From: Rhizodiscina lignyota
Lineage: Eukaryota
Direction: 5' to 3'
Length of the DNA stretch: 64,000 nucleotides
Assembly (NCBI GenBank): GCA_010015805.1
Contig: ML978124.1
Coordinates: 2,356,001 to 2,420,000 of the forward strand
Shown: positions 1 to 12,626 of the stretch, in pieces
Position numbering within the stretch: the stretch's first letter is position 1
How the letters are laid out: each line of letters starts with the position of its first letter
Notes under the pieces: model-generated
What the model was told of the DNA's origin: nothing
Seen by the model: only the letters and a program-made list of their open reading frames with translations
Database searches by the model: none
Made by a program: the position numbers and the translations under genes

Positions 1-1356
1 CTCTTCACGCCAATCGCAAACGAAAACATTGCATGGGGTTCCTTGACCTCTCCTCCAAATGCACTTCCGGGACCAGATCCAGCTGCTATTGATGATGCCA
101 TTGAGATGTGGAGAGCAGCGGCAAGGCCTGCAATCATTGCATCTACAGGTGCAAGAGGCGCAGTCAATGAACTACTCAAACTTGCCGAGGCCACGGGAAC
201 GCCGATCTTCCACAGCACAAAGTTCTCCACCGCAATTCCGTATGAACATCCATTCCGCGCTGGAGGCGCTCGCAGACTCGCGGCTTTACGCGTTAACCGC
301 TCTTTACCACCCGATTTTATTCTCCTCCTTGGTGCTCGGACCGGTTTGATGCTGGGCGGAAGATCCGGCGCCATAATTCCGCACGAAGGTTGCAAAACTG
401 TCCACGTCGACCTCGATGGATCTGAAATTGGAAGAAGTCTTCCAGTCGACCTTGGCATCGTGTCGGATGTCGGCCTTGCGGTGGCGGCGATGAATGCCGC
501 AGTAGCAAAGAATCCATTCCGATCGACCGAAGAATGGATTCGCTCTGCGCTGGGTTTGAAATCTATACGTGCGCCGCATAATGAGGATGAATCAGTTATC
601 GTAGAAGACAACGGTCGACTCCACCCATACCACGCAATGAAGAAGGTCTATCAATGCATCCCCAATGACAGCACTGTCATCATTGATGGGGGTGAATGTG
701 GCGGTTGGGCGATGCAGCTTCTCGAAGAAGCACATGCGGGGCTGGCGATCGCATCGACAGGCTATCTAGGATTCCTCGGGAACGGCTGGGGTTACTCTCT
801 TGGAGCAGCAATTGCAGATCCATCAAAACTGGTGCTGAGCATCCAAGGAGATGGATCCGCTGGTTTCCATATTGCGGAACTGGATACCTATGTCAAGTTT
901 GGTCTGAAGATTGTGACAATCATTATGAACAACAGCGTCTGGGGCATGTCACAAGCTGGCCAGGATATAATATACGGTTATGCAACAGCCAAGCGCCCAA
1001 CTGTCGCACTTAATCCGAAGGCGAAGTACGAGGTTGTAGCTGAAGGCTTCGGTTGCACTTCCGCAGTTGTAGATGCACGCGAAGATATCGAGGGAGGATT
1101 CGCAGATGATACGAAAGCTCAGAAGACTCTCGAGGCGTTGGATCACGCCATGGACAAGCTTGTGCATGCTCAGGGCCCTGGGTTGCTGAATCTGGTGGTA
1201 TCGGATCATCCGTACCAGGACACCACTAAAGCGATGGTCGGTCAGACCGATGACCCGAACGTCATCGTCGTACCGTATTATGATAATATTCCGAAGCCGT
1301 ATTATAAGGACAGCAAGCAAGCTGTCAATGGTGCGAATGGCGCGAAAGGCGGCTGA
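1..1356 (+). CDS. Thiamine pyrophosphate-dependent enzyme (acetolactate synthase-like / 2-hydroxyacyl-CoA lyase-like), 5' end outside the window
   Basis: Open frame from the window edge; C-terminal TPP-binding motif GDGSAGF...IIMNN; central domain motifs PDFILLLGAR and VHVDLDGSEIGR. Confidence 0.85.
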   Translation, partial: LFTPIANENIAWGSLTSPPNALPGPDPAAIDDAIEMWRAAARPAIIASTGARGAVNELLKLAEATGTPIFHSTKFSTAIPYEHPFRAGGARRLAALRVNRSLPPDFILLLGARTGLMLGGRSGAIIPHEGCKTVHVDLDGSEIGRSLPVDLGIVSDVGLAVAAMNAAVAKNPFRSTEEWIRSALGLKSIRAPHNEDESVIVEDNGRLHPYHAMKKVYQCIPNDSTVIIDGGECGGWAMQLLEEAHAGLAIASTGYLGFLGNGWGYSLGAAIADPSKLVLSIQGDGSAGFHIAELDTYVKFGLKIVTIIMNNSVWGMSQAGQDIIYGYATAKRPTVALNPKAKYEVVAEGFGCTSAVVDAREDIEGGFADDTKAQKTLEALDHAMDKLVHAQGPGLLNLVVSDHPYQDTTKAMVGQTDDPNVIVVPYYDNIPKPYYKDSKQAVNGANGAKGG

Positions 1357-1458
1357 AGATCACTAGCGAGAGTTTTGGGACATGGATTGGACAAAGAGTT
1401 CGAGTCAATACTTCAATTGTAAATGTCAACGTCTTTAGCAAAAGCAATGAAACCACAA

Positions 1459-3194
1459 CTACTCTTCCAGCTTCTTCTCTCCATAATACTTCTGCTCAAA
1501 CTCCTTCAACAAGCCCTTCAGATCACTCGCGTAGGTCGGCGTTAATATATTCCCCTTACCCAGATGGCTCTTTAGTCCTAACTCTTTCAGCAGAGAGTCA
1601 GTGTAAGCGACTTGGTCCCAAAAGAACCAGTTTGCAAGTTGGCCTTTTGTCAAATATCGTCTTCTGCACCACACCACTGTCTCCGCAACGTCTATCTCCA
1701 TTTTGTCCATAGGTACCTCGAGCTTTCCATCGAGAACCGCAGTTGCCCAAAGTGACTGGACCTCCGCCATACGCCATGCATTCAGCAGCACTGGGCGGCC
1801 CAGAAAGACAATTGAACTATCGTTGACAGGCAGAATGCAGTTGCACAGGCGGTAAGGCGTCACCTTTGGCTTCTTCTTGTGGTACGGAGGAGGGTTGGCA
1901 AGGATCGGGAATCTCTTCAAGACAGCTTTATCTGCTTCTGCCTCAAGCGACTTCCATTTCTCCTGCTGTTTCTCGTCAACGGAATCGTAGGGTACCGGAA
2001 GGCCCAGAGCAGCAGCAGTCTCGGTTTCGAAGTACGGCGGAGCAGCTTGATCCCATCCGGTGGCGTATACGACTGCATCTACCTCGACCTTTTGCCCATC
2101 TACAAGACGAAGTGCCTTTTCTTCGAAGCCTGCAGTATCATCTCTGATTATTTTGACACGCTCGGCTAGCGTGTCGTAGAAGTCATCACTCTGCTGCACA
2201 CCAGTGCTATCGTTCTGCCAGAAGAGCGACGTATCTGGTTTAAGATTCTTGAAACCATTGTGGTGCGGATCAGGCCTGTCGTACTTTGCATTCTTCTTGA
2301 GGTGACTCTCCAGAAACTGCCAGATGGCCTTGAGGATGCGGCGGCCAAAAGCGGTTCCGTTGAAGAAGTTGGCCACAATGCCAGTCTCGACGAACTTGGA
2401 AACGAGAATCGGAAAGAGCAAGCGAGTCAGGAGTGCATCATCGCCGCTCTTAAATGGTCCATTAGCGACTGGATTGGCGAAGGCAGCAGGACCGCTACCC
2501 GATTTGCGGATGATCCAGTATACGGTCTTGTTCGCTTTCGCGGCGGCGTAGGCCATATCAGCGGCGGATTTAGCACCCCCGATGACGGCGATGCGTTCGA
2601 TTGCATCATCTTTGAGAATGTCTGATTTTGCGTAGTCTTTGTTGTGAATCTGGACACCTCTGAAATTGCTTTGGCCCGGGATTTTTGGTATGACGGGCTT
2701 GCTGGTAATCCCAGACGCATCAATAACTTTGGCAGCGGTGTACGTAGACGACGTGCCATCTACAGTGGCAATCCATTGGTCATTGTGCTTGCGAAGGGTC
2801 TGCACACGGCTGTCGAACTTGATGCGGTCCAATATGGAGGTTCCATTGTAAACGTGGCTGCGGACGTAGTCTTCATTGTAGCTAGTTACATGCCCAGCGT
2901 ATACAAAGCCGTTATAAGAATCCTCACGATCCACGCTAAGGGGGACGTCGGAGAAGTGGGCGAAATCGATCGATATCTGCGTCCGGAATGAGTCGTACAC
3001 ACGCTCTACCAACGGTTAGACTTGTAGATTCAAAGATAATTATGTAATATACCTTTACTCCAAACTCCACCGAGGTAGCTGCTGGCCTCAAGGATAGCCA
3101 ACTTCGCATTTGGATGGATCTCCAGATAGGTTCGTGCTGCTTGAATGCCGTACAAGCCAGCGCCGATAATCAGTACGTCGACCTCAGTCGCCAT
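1459..3194 (-). CDS. Flavin-containing monooxygenase (FMO-like), 2 exons (3194-3053, 3005-1459)
   Basis: FAD motif VLIIGAGLYG, NADPH motif IAVIGGAKSA, FMO-like FRGVQIHNKDY and VYATGW; 47-nt GT..AG intron joins WSK-ERVY in frame. Confidence 0.88.
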
Positions 3195-3706
3195 GTTGGA
3201 GATGCTTGGAAAGAAAGTATGCAATCAACTTGGAAGAAATAAAGGGAGAATATTCAGAGTAATAAGCGAGAAACTACTGAATCAAGAAAGAACGCTGCAA
3301 TAGCTGTGAGGAGTGTGTGGGGCTGTCAGCTACTCGTGTGATCATGGCAACATTTATGCCCACTACTCTGCCTTAAATGCATTTCTAATGCACCTACCTA
3401 TTCATGTTGTGTGCGCGAGGCATTCCGCATGATCGAGACTCGCCTGCCTGAGCGTGCTTCAATACAATAAGGTGTTTCGATGTGGGTGACTAAAGCAGTC
3501 TTGGTGAATTCGTTTAGCATCTTGGCTGCTGAAAGCTGAAGCCACATCGAGAAGGGCAACGCAATGTCATTCGTATCCAAGACCAGCACATTCTTGTGAT
3601 TACCCAGCAATGTACTCGACGGAGAAGAAGAAAGAAGCGTGTGTTGTGACAAAGATGAAGTTGTGGCGTCCAGATATGCCGTATCAACAGGGGGTTCCGA
3701 ATCTTA

Positions 3707-3998
3707 CAGCGCTTTTCGGGTTCGGAGGCCTCCCCCTTGCTCTCAAAAATTATTTAGAGCTAAGTCAAAACATCTATATAACCAATCATATAATACGGGT
3801 CTATCAGGAGATTTGCAAGATTTACATAGATTTGCACTGATTTACAGTCACGTGCTACAGAAGCTATTCGATATATTTTACGCACACACCATCCTATTTC
3901 TGATCGGCGTAATAGCTATTAGCTAGATCAAGCTCGAGCCAACTAGTGAAAATCATTTTTAAGAGCAAGGGGGAGGCCTCCGAACCCGAAAAGCGCTG
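3707..3998. mobile_element. MITE (non-autonomous Tc1/mariner-type element), 292 bp
   Basis: Perfect 37-bp terminal inverted repeats CAGCGCTTTTCGGGTTCGGAGGCCTCCCCCTTGCTCT, extending to about 50 bp with 2 mismatches; TA on both sides (3705-3706, 3999-4000); AT-rich non-coding interior. Confidence 0.88.
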
Positions 3999-4252
3999 TA
4001 CACGAGGAACGTGTCGTGGTTTTCAGCCTTACGGGGCAACGGGCTAATTTCCACCTCCGGGCTGTGATCAACGGTAGTTCTTGCCAACACGTTGAAATTT
4101 TCTCTGGCTTGGTATACGCCATCTTAATAATTCTTTGATGCTTGCAGCACCGTCACGGCAGCGTTTTTGGAATCCCTGTTTTGTCATCGCAGTTCATCAT
4201 TGGTGGCTAAACTCTACTACAGTCGTTAGCCTTGCCATACAAGCTTTGTATT

Positions 4253-6315
4253 ATGGCTATGAAGACCGGACGTGTTGCCAGAACTAGGATTGGAGAAGAG
4301 CCGGGAAAGACCCAGAAACCCTTGACATGCCAAACATGCAGATTGCTCATGGACACAACTTCTGTAACGCCAACCTCAAGCACGATGTCGATGGCCAATC
4401 TCGCGGCATCAAGGAAGTCGGGTTGCGTTGGATGTGGGCTGCTCTATGACGCAATCGAGTGGGCAGATCAACGGCCGCCTATCGAAGAGAAGGAAGAGGG
4501 GAAAGAGCAGGGCGAAGACACTTTAGTAGAACTGAGTAGAGTACATCATGAGTACCACCACGACCTCCAAAGGGCGAAATGGTCTTGGAGCCTGGAGCTA
4601 TTTGCAGTCGAAGGTAGGATTGAACTATGCACTCGCTGAATCTGTTGATCACAAGAGCCTCAGGTGATCCGTGTCCATGGTCTGGTGTAAGATACGGAAA
4701 GCACATGTCTGGGAACACGGGCTCAGAGGAGGCGCTCTCAAAATGTCAACAATGGCTAAAGGATTGCGATGAAAACCATGAAAGATGTCGACAGTATCTT
4801 AACAGTCCGCTTCCATCACGTGTCTTGGATCTTGGAGACGCAAAAGCCAACCTTTGCAAGGATGTGAAGTTGCACGAATCCGCACCTTCTGAGCGGGCTT
4901 CTTATACCACGCTAAGCTATTGCTGGGGTGGCGAGAAATTCATTACGACGACAGCTTCCACGCTCTCCGAGAGGAAGGCCAACATAGATTGGTCGGAGTT
5001 GCCGGCTGTTTTCCAAGACATCGTTACTTTCTGCCGCCGCATCGGTGTACGGTATCTGTGGATAGATGCATTATGCATTCTTCAGGATTCGAAGGATGAT
5101 TGGCGAAAAGAGGCATCGCGGATGAAAGACTACTACAGCAACGCATACATCAGCCTAAGCGCGGCGAAAGCCTCTCGTCCTTCTGAAGGTTGCTATACGG
5201 GTCATCTGCCTTGGGGCTATAAATCCCATACGCTCCGCTCCCCTCCGAAGGCGAAGTTTCCATATGCGATTCATGTCCGTCGAACTCGATACTTTGAACG
5301 ACCTCCAATCCATGAGCGAGCATGGTGTTTCCAAGAGCACGAGCTGCCGTCACGTGTTCTCATGTTCAGGGGAATGGAACTGCAATGGTACTGCTACGAG
5401 CACGCAATATGTGAGTGTGGTAACCATGAGGGAGCGCGAGAAGAAACCGAAGACCGTTTACCGAGAGAGGACTTCACGACCGTCCAATCGCATGGAGATG
5501 CAAGACTCGAGTGGTACAGGAGCATTGATGAGTACACGGATCGCAATCTGACTGTCCAGAGTGACATTCTCCCTGCGCTTTCTGGGCTGGCTGGAAAGAT
5601 GGCAGAGCGTCATCCGGGTGCAAGATATCTTGCCGGTCTGTGGGAAGACACACTGATCAGCGATTTGATGTGGTATGCCCAGCCGCTGCATCTTGACGTA
5701 CGCCCATCCTCGTATCGAGCGCCCTCGTGGTCGTGGGCATCTGTCACGGGACAGGTGTCTGGTCAGAGTTACGAAGTTACATCTGAAGATACTCATATTG
5801 AGATAACCAATGTCGAAGTATCCTTGAATTCAGCATCGAACCCATTTGGTGAAGTGGAGGGGGGCAGCCTTACGCTTCTCGGTCGTTTGACTCCAGCGGT
5901 CTTGCACTACAATGAAGATGGGGACCTAGATATTTCGACAGCCCAGTTGACCATCAAAGGCTTCGAAGACGACCGAGCATTCCAGTTCTCACCGGACTAC
6001 GACTTGACTAAGAAAGACCCTGGCAACGCTGTAATCGCAAATGGAGCGGAGGTCGATGTACTCGATGTCGCCGTGGAGAATGGTGGAGACGAAGCAGCTC
6101 TCACACCCAGCGGAGGTAAAACGTATTGCCTCGTATTGCGACATCTCGGTGGATCGACGTACGAGCGGATAGGGAGTCTTAGTAAGGAACCAGTCGGATC
6201 GCAATTTCCTGCAAGGCTGCGCGGAAGAATCGGGCACGGCGCCTCGAGACTTTTCAAGCAATCTCCGAAGGACTGGTTTAAGGAGTTGGAACCGAGGACG
6301 ATTACAATCATCTGA
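4253..6315 (+). CDS. HET domain protein (heterokaryon incompatibility family), 2 exons (intron 4614-4663)
   Basis: HET motifs LPSRVLD, YTTLSYCWG, RYLWIDALCILQD, ERAWCFQE, YLAGLW, APSWSWAS; start codon choice uncertain. Confidence 0.92.
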
Positions 6316-6524
6316 TGGTCGTGCACACATGCATGTGTTGATTCTCGGATTTGCAACATGCCGTGGCACAGGACAATGTTGAGAACGAACAATATTCGCT
6401 TGCTAGATGGTCTGGTTCAAGCCAAGACGCCTGGGATATCTCGGTTTGAAAATCACATTCCCAACTTCGACAAATGAAGTCTTTCTCCACCTTCATCCAC
6501 GGTCATAAACCCATCTTCAAAACT

Positions 6525-7217
6525 CTAAGCAGTAGGCTTATACTCCATCGTGCTCTCGCCATTCGAATACTGAGCTGCCTTGCCGTTGAGCAGCTCCTTC
6601 TCCTGGAACTCGGCCTCCTTGTCCATCTGGACAAGCGAGCAGCAACCGCAGCAGCAGCCGAGGGCGAGGTCGACGGCGAAAGAGCCCTCGAGGCCATACT
6701 TCTTGCGGATATCGGCACGCTGGAGCGAGAACGGGATGAGAGACAGGCAGGAGGAGAAGCAGAAGAGCAGGCACTAAATTGTGGTGATTAGTCGGAGACC
6801 CCAATTGAAGAGATCAGTCTACTTACAGAAGTGTTGATTGGGGAGTATCCCTCGAGATCACCGTGGTGGTGGACACGATGGTGGATTCTTCCGAATGTCA
6901 CGCACGGGACACACCAGGTGATGAGGCCTGTTCAACCATTAGCAAAACAATATCGATATAGAATTCCGAGGTGCCGAACAGGTATCGATTGGGTCGAAGC
7001 AGCCGAACAACTGAGCATGCCACGGCTTGCCTCCTTCAACGGGAGCCTCGGTCTTGCCCTGCTGGGTGAGGAGCTCATTGACGCGGTTCTTCCAGTGCTC
7101 AATGTCGTCGTTCTCGATCGGCTGGCGCGTTGCCTGAGCGGGAGCAGATGCTGGAGCAGCAGCAGGCGTCTCAGCCGGCGCAGCTGGAGCAGCACCGTTC
7201 TCAACTGGAGCAGACAT
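6525..7217 (-). CDS. PLAC8 family Cys-rich protein, 3 exons (7217-6980, 6927-6827, 6773-6525)
   Basis: Spliced product reads WHAQLFGCFDPIDTCLITWCVPCVTFG...QRADIRKKYGLEGS...CCCGCCSLVQMDKE, a typical PLAC8 pattern; both introns GT..AG with CTAAT branch sites. Confidence 0.88.
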
Positions 7218-8115
7218 TGTGGATTAAGGTGAAGGTAAGGAGTGACAGGGAAACGCTGCAAATATTACAAGAAAGATCGACGAGAATCTGGCAAGGAGCG
7301 ACTTCGGAGAATGGATGGAGACTCAGAGATCGAAAGAATGGGACCCAGCATTCCTTATAAGAGATCTGGTCTCCTGGGCAGCGAGCCGTGGCTCGGCGGG
7401 GCTTGGGTGGACACACAACTCCTGGGACAGTGCATCAAAAGTCTGTTCATTTTGGCGGATGGCGGCAGGCCACAGAAATTGAGGTGGAAATGGTTGCACA
7501 ATCAACCGTAACACAACGGCGCGCTGCCTTGCGCGCGAGTGGCTCGGTCCTCTTCCGCGCACGGTGGAAATTGCAATGGCTTGCCTGGCGTGAGACAAAC
7601 TTAGACGGCGAGCCAACCGCAAGCCTTCCTAGAAAAACATGCGCTGACAAGCCCACAAGCTTCTGCTTGCTTTCATCTTGCTCCTCGATTTGCAAGAATT
7701 CCAGAAGAGGTCGAAGTCACTCCACAGGGCTCTCGCTTACGCTCGTATCTGAGCTCGCCGGACCCTGTGCGCACGAGGCGCTCGCTACACCAGCCCAGGA
7801 TGAGAAAAGCTGGAGACTCCTGGAGTCGATTAGGGCAAGATAGTCCATTGAAACTATTGGAAGGATTTGCGATGCTTTTCCGAGATACGTACTTTTTCAT
7901 ATTGCTGCGTTGTGGTCGCGACCGGTGAGCTGTATAAGGAAAAGAAGTTGAGAGGTGACGCTGTTGAAAGGGGAAGAAACCCCCGAAATGCGGAGTTTCG
8001 GGGAGGTTAGGATCGCCATGACCTCACTCACGCTCACCTTCGACTCTTGACACATGCAGGTACTCAATATTGCCAAATTTAGTTTCCTTATGTCATTTTC
8101 CTTCATTTTTCTACA

Positions 8116-9060
8116 ATGACTGGTACACTAAATCAGAATTCCAAGCAATTGCTTAAGCACATTGAGGCATCGCTCTCCGCTTTCCAATCCTCCAACAGAC
8201 CCTTCCGGATATTATCATCCTCACGGACCACTGAAACTGCGGCCGCTCCACTGCCGAAGACCCTCTTCATACTTGACTCATCATACAATCCTCCAAGTAA
8301 GGCCCACTTCGCTCTCGCATATGCTGCTCTCGCCGGTCCCTCTGCCCAGCGCGAACCTAAGCCTCACCGGCTACTGCTCCTCTTCAGCACGCAGAATGCC
8401 GACAAGGCCGCGAAACCGGCTAGCTTTAGCCAGCGGCTTGCGATGATGGGACGATTGATGGAGGACCTGGCCAGTGAGATAGGAAAAGTACGGAAAGACG
8501 AGAATGTAGACATTGACATTGGCGTCACCACCTCGCCATACTATGTCGGCAAGTCACAAGCGATCGAGGCCTGCGATCCTCCAGCCTATCCATCAAAGCC
8601 TAATCACGTGCATATCATCGGATATGATACAGTGACGAGGCTTCTAGCATCAAGGTACTATCCAGACCATCATCCTCCTCTATCAGCCTTGGAGCCCTAC
8701 TTCTGCGCCGGCCACAAGCTGCTCGTCGCGCTCCGTCCCTTGTCCTCGTCGGAGAACATGCAAGACGCGGGTTCGCAGGGGATAGATGAGCAGACAGAGT
8801 ACATCCGTAAGCTCGGCGAGGATGCGCTGGAAGCAGAAGGCTTCAAGCGGGAGTGGGCGGCGCAGATCAGTGTCTTGGAAGGTGAAGATCTCGGTTCAGC
8901 GATTGGAATCAGCTCGACGGCCATTAGAAATGCTGTGAGTGAGGAGGATTGGACAGCAGTTGGCAAGCTATGTACGCCAGGCGTGACTACTTGGTTGAAG
9001 GAAGAGAGGCCATATGAGAATAGCAGCCAGGACGTCGAGCAGAAGAGCAAGATGTCTTGA
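8116..9060 (+). CDS. POF1: Nucleotidylyltransferase (cytidylyltransferase superfamily), POF1-like NMN adenylyltransferase
   Basis: ILDSSYNPPSKAH, LLLFSTQNADK, IIGYDTVTRLL and ISSTAIR motifs. Confidence 0.78.
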   Translation: MTGTLNQNSKQLLKHIEASLSAFQSSNRPFRILSSSRTTETAAAPLPKTLFILDSSYNPPSKAHFALAYAALAGPSAQREPKPHRLLLLFSTQNADKAAKPASFSQRLAMMGRLMEDLASEIGKVRKDENVDIDIGVTTSPYYVGKSQAIEACDPPAYPSKPNHVHIIGYDTVTRLLASRYYPDHHPPLSALEPYFCAGHKLLVALRPLSSSENMQDAGSQGIDEQTEYIRKLGEDALEAEGFKREWAAQISVLEGEDLGSAIGISSTAIRNAVSEEDWTAVGKLCTPGVTTWLKEERPYENSSQDVEQKSKMS

Positions 9061-9614
9061 TGTTCAATGGCAATTCTGATTGAGAATCGCATGTCATGGA
9101 TATTGCTCTTTTGCGCATATAATCGCCAAACTAGAGACACCCTGGTTTATCGAACACTGTCCGACAAATGCATGCAGTGTCCATTACATCCAGCAGGACG
9201 ACATCACACCTAACAGGGGAAGATGCTAACCTTACGTGTCTGTTGAAGGCTAATAGCCGCGAGATATATAGTACGCGAGTCGTGAAGGATATTCTCACGA
9301 ACACCGCCTAGACTTCTGCGATAGTCGAACCGATTCGACCAACAAGGGGGATTGGTACGGGATGCCGCCCAACGCAGGTTGACTTGGTAGAATAAATCCC
9401 ACATGGCCCACTTCAATCTTTTGTGCCCGTCTTCAAGACGATACGTGAGCTAAAGTGAGAGTGAGTACGAGTCGGTTGTCCCTCACGGTCACCTTTCCTG
9501 CGTATATCAAATGTGTTTTGTCTTTATTGAGTCTAGGATATGTCTATTATACTGTATTGTACACTGCATAGATGGTACTGTATCTTACATATTGTACAGG
9601 GCCAACATAGAGCC

Positions 9615-12600
9615 TTATTGCGACACTGTGTACACTGACGGCGATTTCTCTTCCGCCTTCTTATCGTTAGCGGTCGATGCATTTGCCTCACTTTCCCATT
9701 GATCCTCATTGTACGGCTCTATAGAGACGTTTTGGAGGTCAGCTTTCTCTAACTCATCCTCAAGCCACATCATGCTTGAAGCCGGTGGAGGTTCCGCTTC
9801 GGCAGGTGTTAGCATATTTCCACCAACTCCATTGACGGGAGCTGTGCCCGTTCTGTTCTCATTACTGTCAGGTGGTGCCCATTCTACGTGATCGGTAGTA
9901 GGTTGCTCTTCTGCCTTCGAATCTTGAGACTGGAGTAGCCCAGATTGTGCACGCTCTTGACTCTTGTTCATCTCTTCCGGATTCACCTGCCCTTCTTTCG
10001 GCCAATTTGGAGGAAATATTGGGTTCGCAAATGGATCGTCATCAACACTTGCCGATACTCTTGGTAAGCTTTTCCGCACGGACCGATCTGGCACTGGCTT
10101 GAGCAATCCTGGCTCTTTGATCGTGTACCCAAGCGATTCACCGTCTCCCTCAGGCCTAAATATCGACACTTCTATCCAAGAGCGCTTCTTGCCTGCCTCA
10201 TCCTGGGCAATTTGCTCTTCAGCAGTTTCCGCAGAATCCTCAGCATCAATGATGCCCATCGCCTGGCCTTCTGTCCTCTCTAGAGCCTTCTGCAATTTCT
10301 CCCGATCTCTGATCCTCTGTAGTTGATCCGTCGTGTGCCTGGTAATCTGCCATCCCTCCAGCTCCATCTGGCGCACTGCCTTTGCAGCGGCCCCTTCATC
10401 CTGACGACTCGAATGCATATTGATAATCGTATTCCACGTAACGCCAGTTACTGGTATGTTGCGCTGGCGCATCATGGCGCGTATCTTCTCCGCTGCATCC
10501 CATCGCTTCTGGCGCACAAACGCGAAGAGGAGTGTATTCATCGTCCATACCGATGGCTCTGGCCGTTTGACGACTTTGAGGATCTCGCCGGAGGGAGATC
10601 TAACCTCGAAGCCTGAGCTCACCATTTCCTTGAGCATGGTAGGACAGAAGCGCAGGGTGTGGTATCTGCGTCCAAATATTTCGATGAAGGTATTGTAGAA
10701 ATGCTCCCGCTCGAGGCACTCTGCTATTAGGGGATCTGTCATGGCGATTTTCGTTAGGTTTTTCCACAAACCCCAGACGCGCCCGAGGCCACTTGTATCG
10801 TCGATGTTGAGCAAATAGGAATGCATCATAATGTGTAACGTCGCGGGGTCTGGTGTTAGCAACGTGACATCCAGCTCCATGTTGACTTCAGGATTGCGGT
10901 GGTGTCTGACGGGTATGCCAAGTTGTATCAATGGTGTTGGATCAAAGTATTGCAGGTAAACGTTCATGAGCATATCGAAAGACTTCAGACGAGATTGTCG
11001 CATGTGATAGGCGCCCACGCAACATAAGATCGCATTGGCGACATAGTATCTCTCCTTGGAATCCCCCGATTTTCGAACGTACTCGGAGGCGTCCACAACG
11101 ATTCTATGGATAAGGTCCGCATCGTCGCTTTTTCGAAGTCCTCGCAAAAGAAAGTCGAACGTATAACTGGTTGGCTCCAAGTTGTTCTGGACGCTCACTT
11201 CGTAAAGGCCGATAGCAGTCGGTAGATCGTCTGCTTCCACTGCGTTTAATACCAGAACGGAGGTAAGCGCCGGTGTCAATGGAATGTTCATTTCCAACAT
11301 TCTTGAGACGACATCGAGCGACGACTGATATCCATCCGCCTCGGCCATGAGCATGCGCAGGATGACATTGCAGACACTGAGAACTGGATAGGAGTCAACA
11401 GGAGCACCAAGATCGATGGCGGCCTGCAGAGCTGACAAAGCCTTTGAGCACAGACGGTCCATAGCAAACTTGTATGAAAAATGAAGAAAAGTATGAGGAC
11501 TGATCTTCACAGCACCATTAGAGGACTGTAACATGCTGAAAAGGCGAGCGACCTGGACTGTGTTGCTACGCACTAGGAGAAGTCGAATAGCTCGGTTTCT
11601 AAACATATTCTCTTGTTTTTTAACCCACCGAATCTTCGAAGTCGAAAGCATCCACTGGAGAGACGCAAGTGCTTCGTCCACATAGGTAGGATCGCGGTAC
11701 TTCCTGTTGTAAAAAGCGAAGTGCGACACGGCGAGGAGAAGGATTTGCCAATTCCGGTGGTTCTGAAATGTCGTTGCTTCGCAGACTCTCATCGCTCTTT
11801 CAGGATGGGAATGCAACACGTAGAGCATGATATGCGCCCAAGTATTTGCTCTCAGTGTATTTGAGAGGCTGCTCCATATCTTCTTCATACCCTCGATATC
11901 GTTCCTTTTGCATTCCAGAATCGGCTTGGCCCATTCAGCGGCGCGCCCATCATAGATGGCTTTCGAGGATCGCAAGTGCGCTGGGATGCTTCGGTCAAAT
12001 TGGCAAGCGAGCATAGCATAGCCTTTCTTCCAGTCCGAGGCTTCCTCCTCCCACCAGTGTGAGATTTGAATCTCCTTACTGTCTTCGAGGCCTTGGCCAA
12101 TCTTTCTAGTTACTGGAGGACTCAGCCGAACGGCTTCAAGCCAAGAACTGTAAGCGTCATGATCCATTGCGGGCGGGTTTGTTTCGATTTCCGCAAGCCA
12201 TCGACGTTGTGTGTCCAAAGGCACCGACATGTCTCGGGATTCTTCGCAGTCGTCACCAAACAGGTCCGCAATTGTATTCTCCGGTCGGTTGACGGGAGGA
12301 TTGGATGCTACCACTGGCTTGTCGGACGACACCTCATGGACGTCCGAATTGTGCACTTCTGGCTTATCCGTGTCATGCTCCGAGTTGGCATTGAAGCTGT
12401 GGATCGGATGCCGCAAAGCTTCCCGCAGGACCCCACGCCCAGGTGCCGATACCTGTCCCTGCTCTTTACTTCTCTCCAATCCATTATGTGCCGCATTTGT
12501 GTTGTATCCTCTCCTTGCGCGTATATACCGTGGCCAGAAGACGAGGAGTCGGTTTGCGGGAGGTGCGCGGATAGGAGAGTTTTGGCTGCAAAGTGAAGCG

Positions 12601-12626
12601 ACATGTGCGAGTGATTGCCGTCGCAT
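9615..12626 (-). CDS. Pentatricopeptide repeat (PPR) protein, probably mitochondrial
   Basis: 1003-aa ORF with Arg-rich N-terminus and PPR-like motifs (PTSYTFDFLLRG, PSVWTMNTLLFAF, VTGVTWNTIINMH). Confidence 0.8.
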   Translation of the reverse strand: MRRQSLAHVASLCSQNSPIRAPPANRLLVFWPRYIRARRGYNTNAAHNGLERSKEQGQVSAPGRGVLREALRHPIHSFNANSEHDTDKPEVHNSDVHEVSSDKPVVASNPPVNRPENTIADLFGDDCEESRDMSVPLDTQRRWLAEIETNPPAMDHDAYSSWLEAVRLSPPVTRKIGQGLEDSKEIQISHWWEEEASDWKKGYAMLACQFDRSIPAHLRSSKAIYDGRAAEWAKPILECKRNDIEGMKKIWSSLSNTLRANTWAHIMLYVLHSHPERAMRVCEATTFQNHRNWQILLLAVSHFAFYNRKYRDPTYVDEALASLQWMLSTSKIRWVKKQENMFRNRAIRLLLVRSNTVQVARLFSMLQSSNGAVKISPHTFLHFSYKFAMDRLCSKALSALQAAIDLGAPVDSYPVLSVCNVILRMLMAEADGYQSSLDVVSRMLEMNIPLTPALTSVLVLNAVEADDLPTAIGLYEVSVQNNLEPTSYTFDFLLRGLRKSDDADLIHRIVVDASEYVRKSGDSKERYYVANAILCCVGAYHMRQSRLKSFDMLMNVYLQYFDPTPLIQLGIPVRHHRNPEVNMELDVTLLTPDPATLHIMMHSYLLNIDDTSGLGRVWGLWKNLTKIAMTDPLIAECLEREHFYNTFIEIFGRRYHTLRFCPTMLKEMVSSGFEVRSPSGEILKVVKRPEPSVWTMNTLLFAFVRQKRWDAAEKIRAMMRQRNIPVTGVTWNTIINMHSSRQDEGAAAKAVRQMELEGWQITRHTTDQLQRIRDREKLQKALERTEGQAMGIIDAEDSAETAEEQIAQDEAGKKRSWIEVSIFRPEGDGESLGYTIKEPGLLKPVPDRSVRKSLPRVSASVDDDPFANPIFPPNWPKEGQVNPEEMNKSQERAQSGLLQSQDSKAEEQPTTDHVEWAPPDSNENRTGTAPVNGVGGNMLTPAEAEPPPASSMMWLEDELEKADLQNVSIEPYNEDQWESEANASTANDKKAEEKSPSVYTVSQ

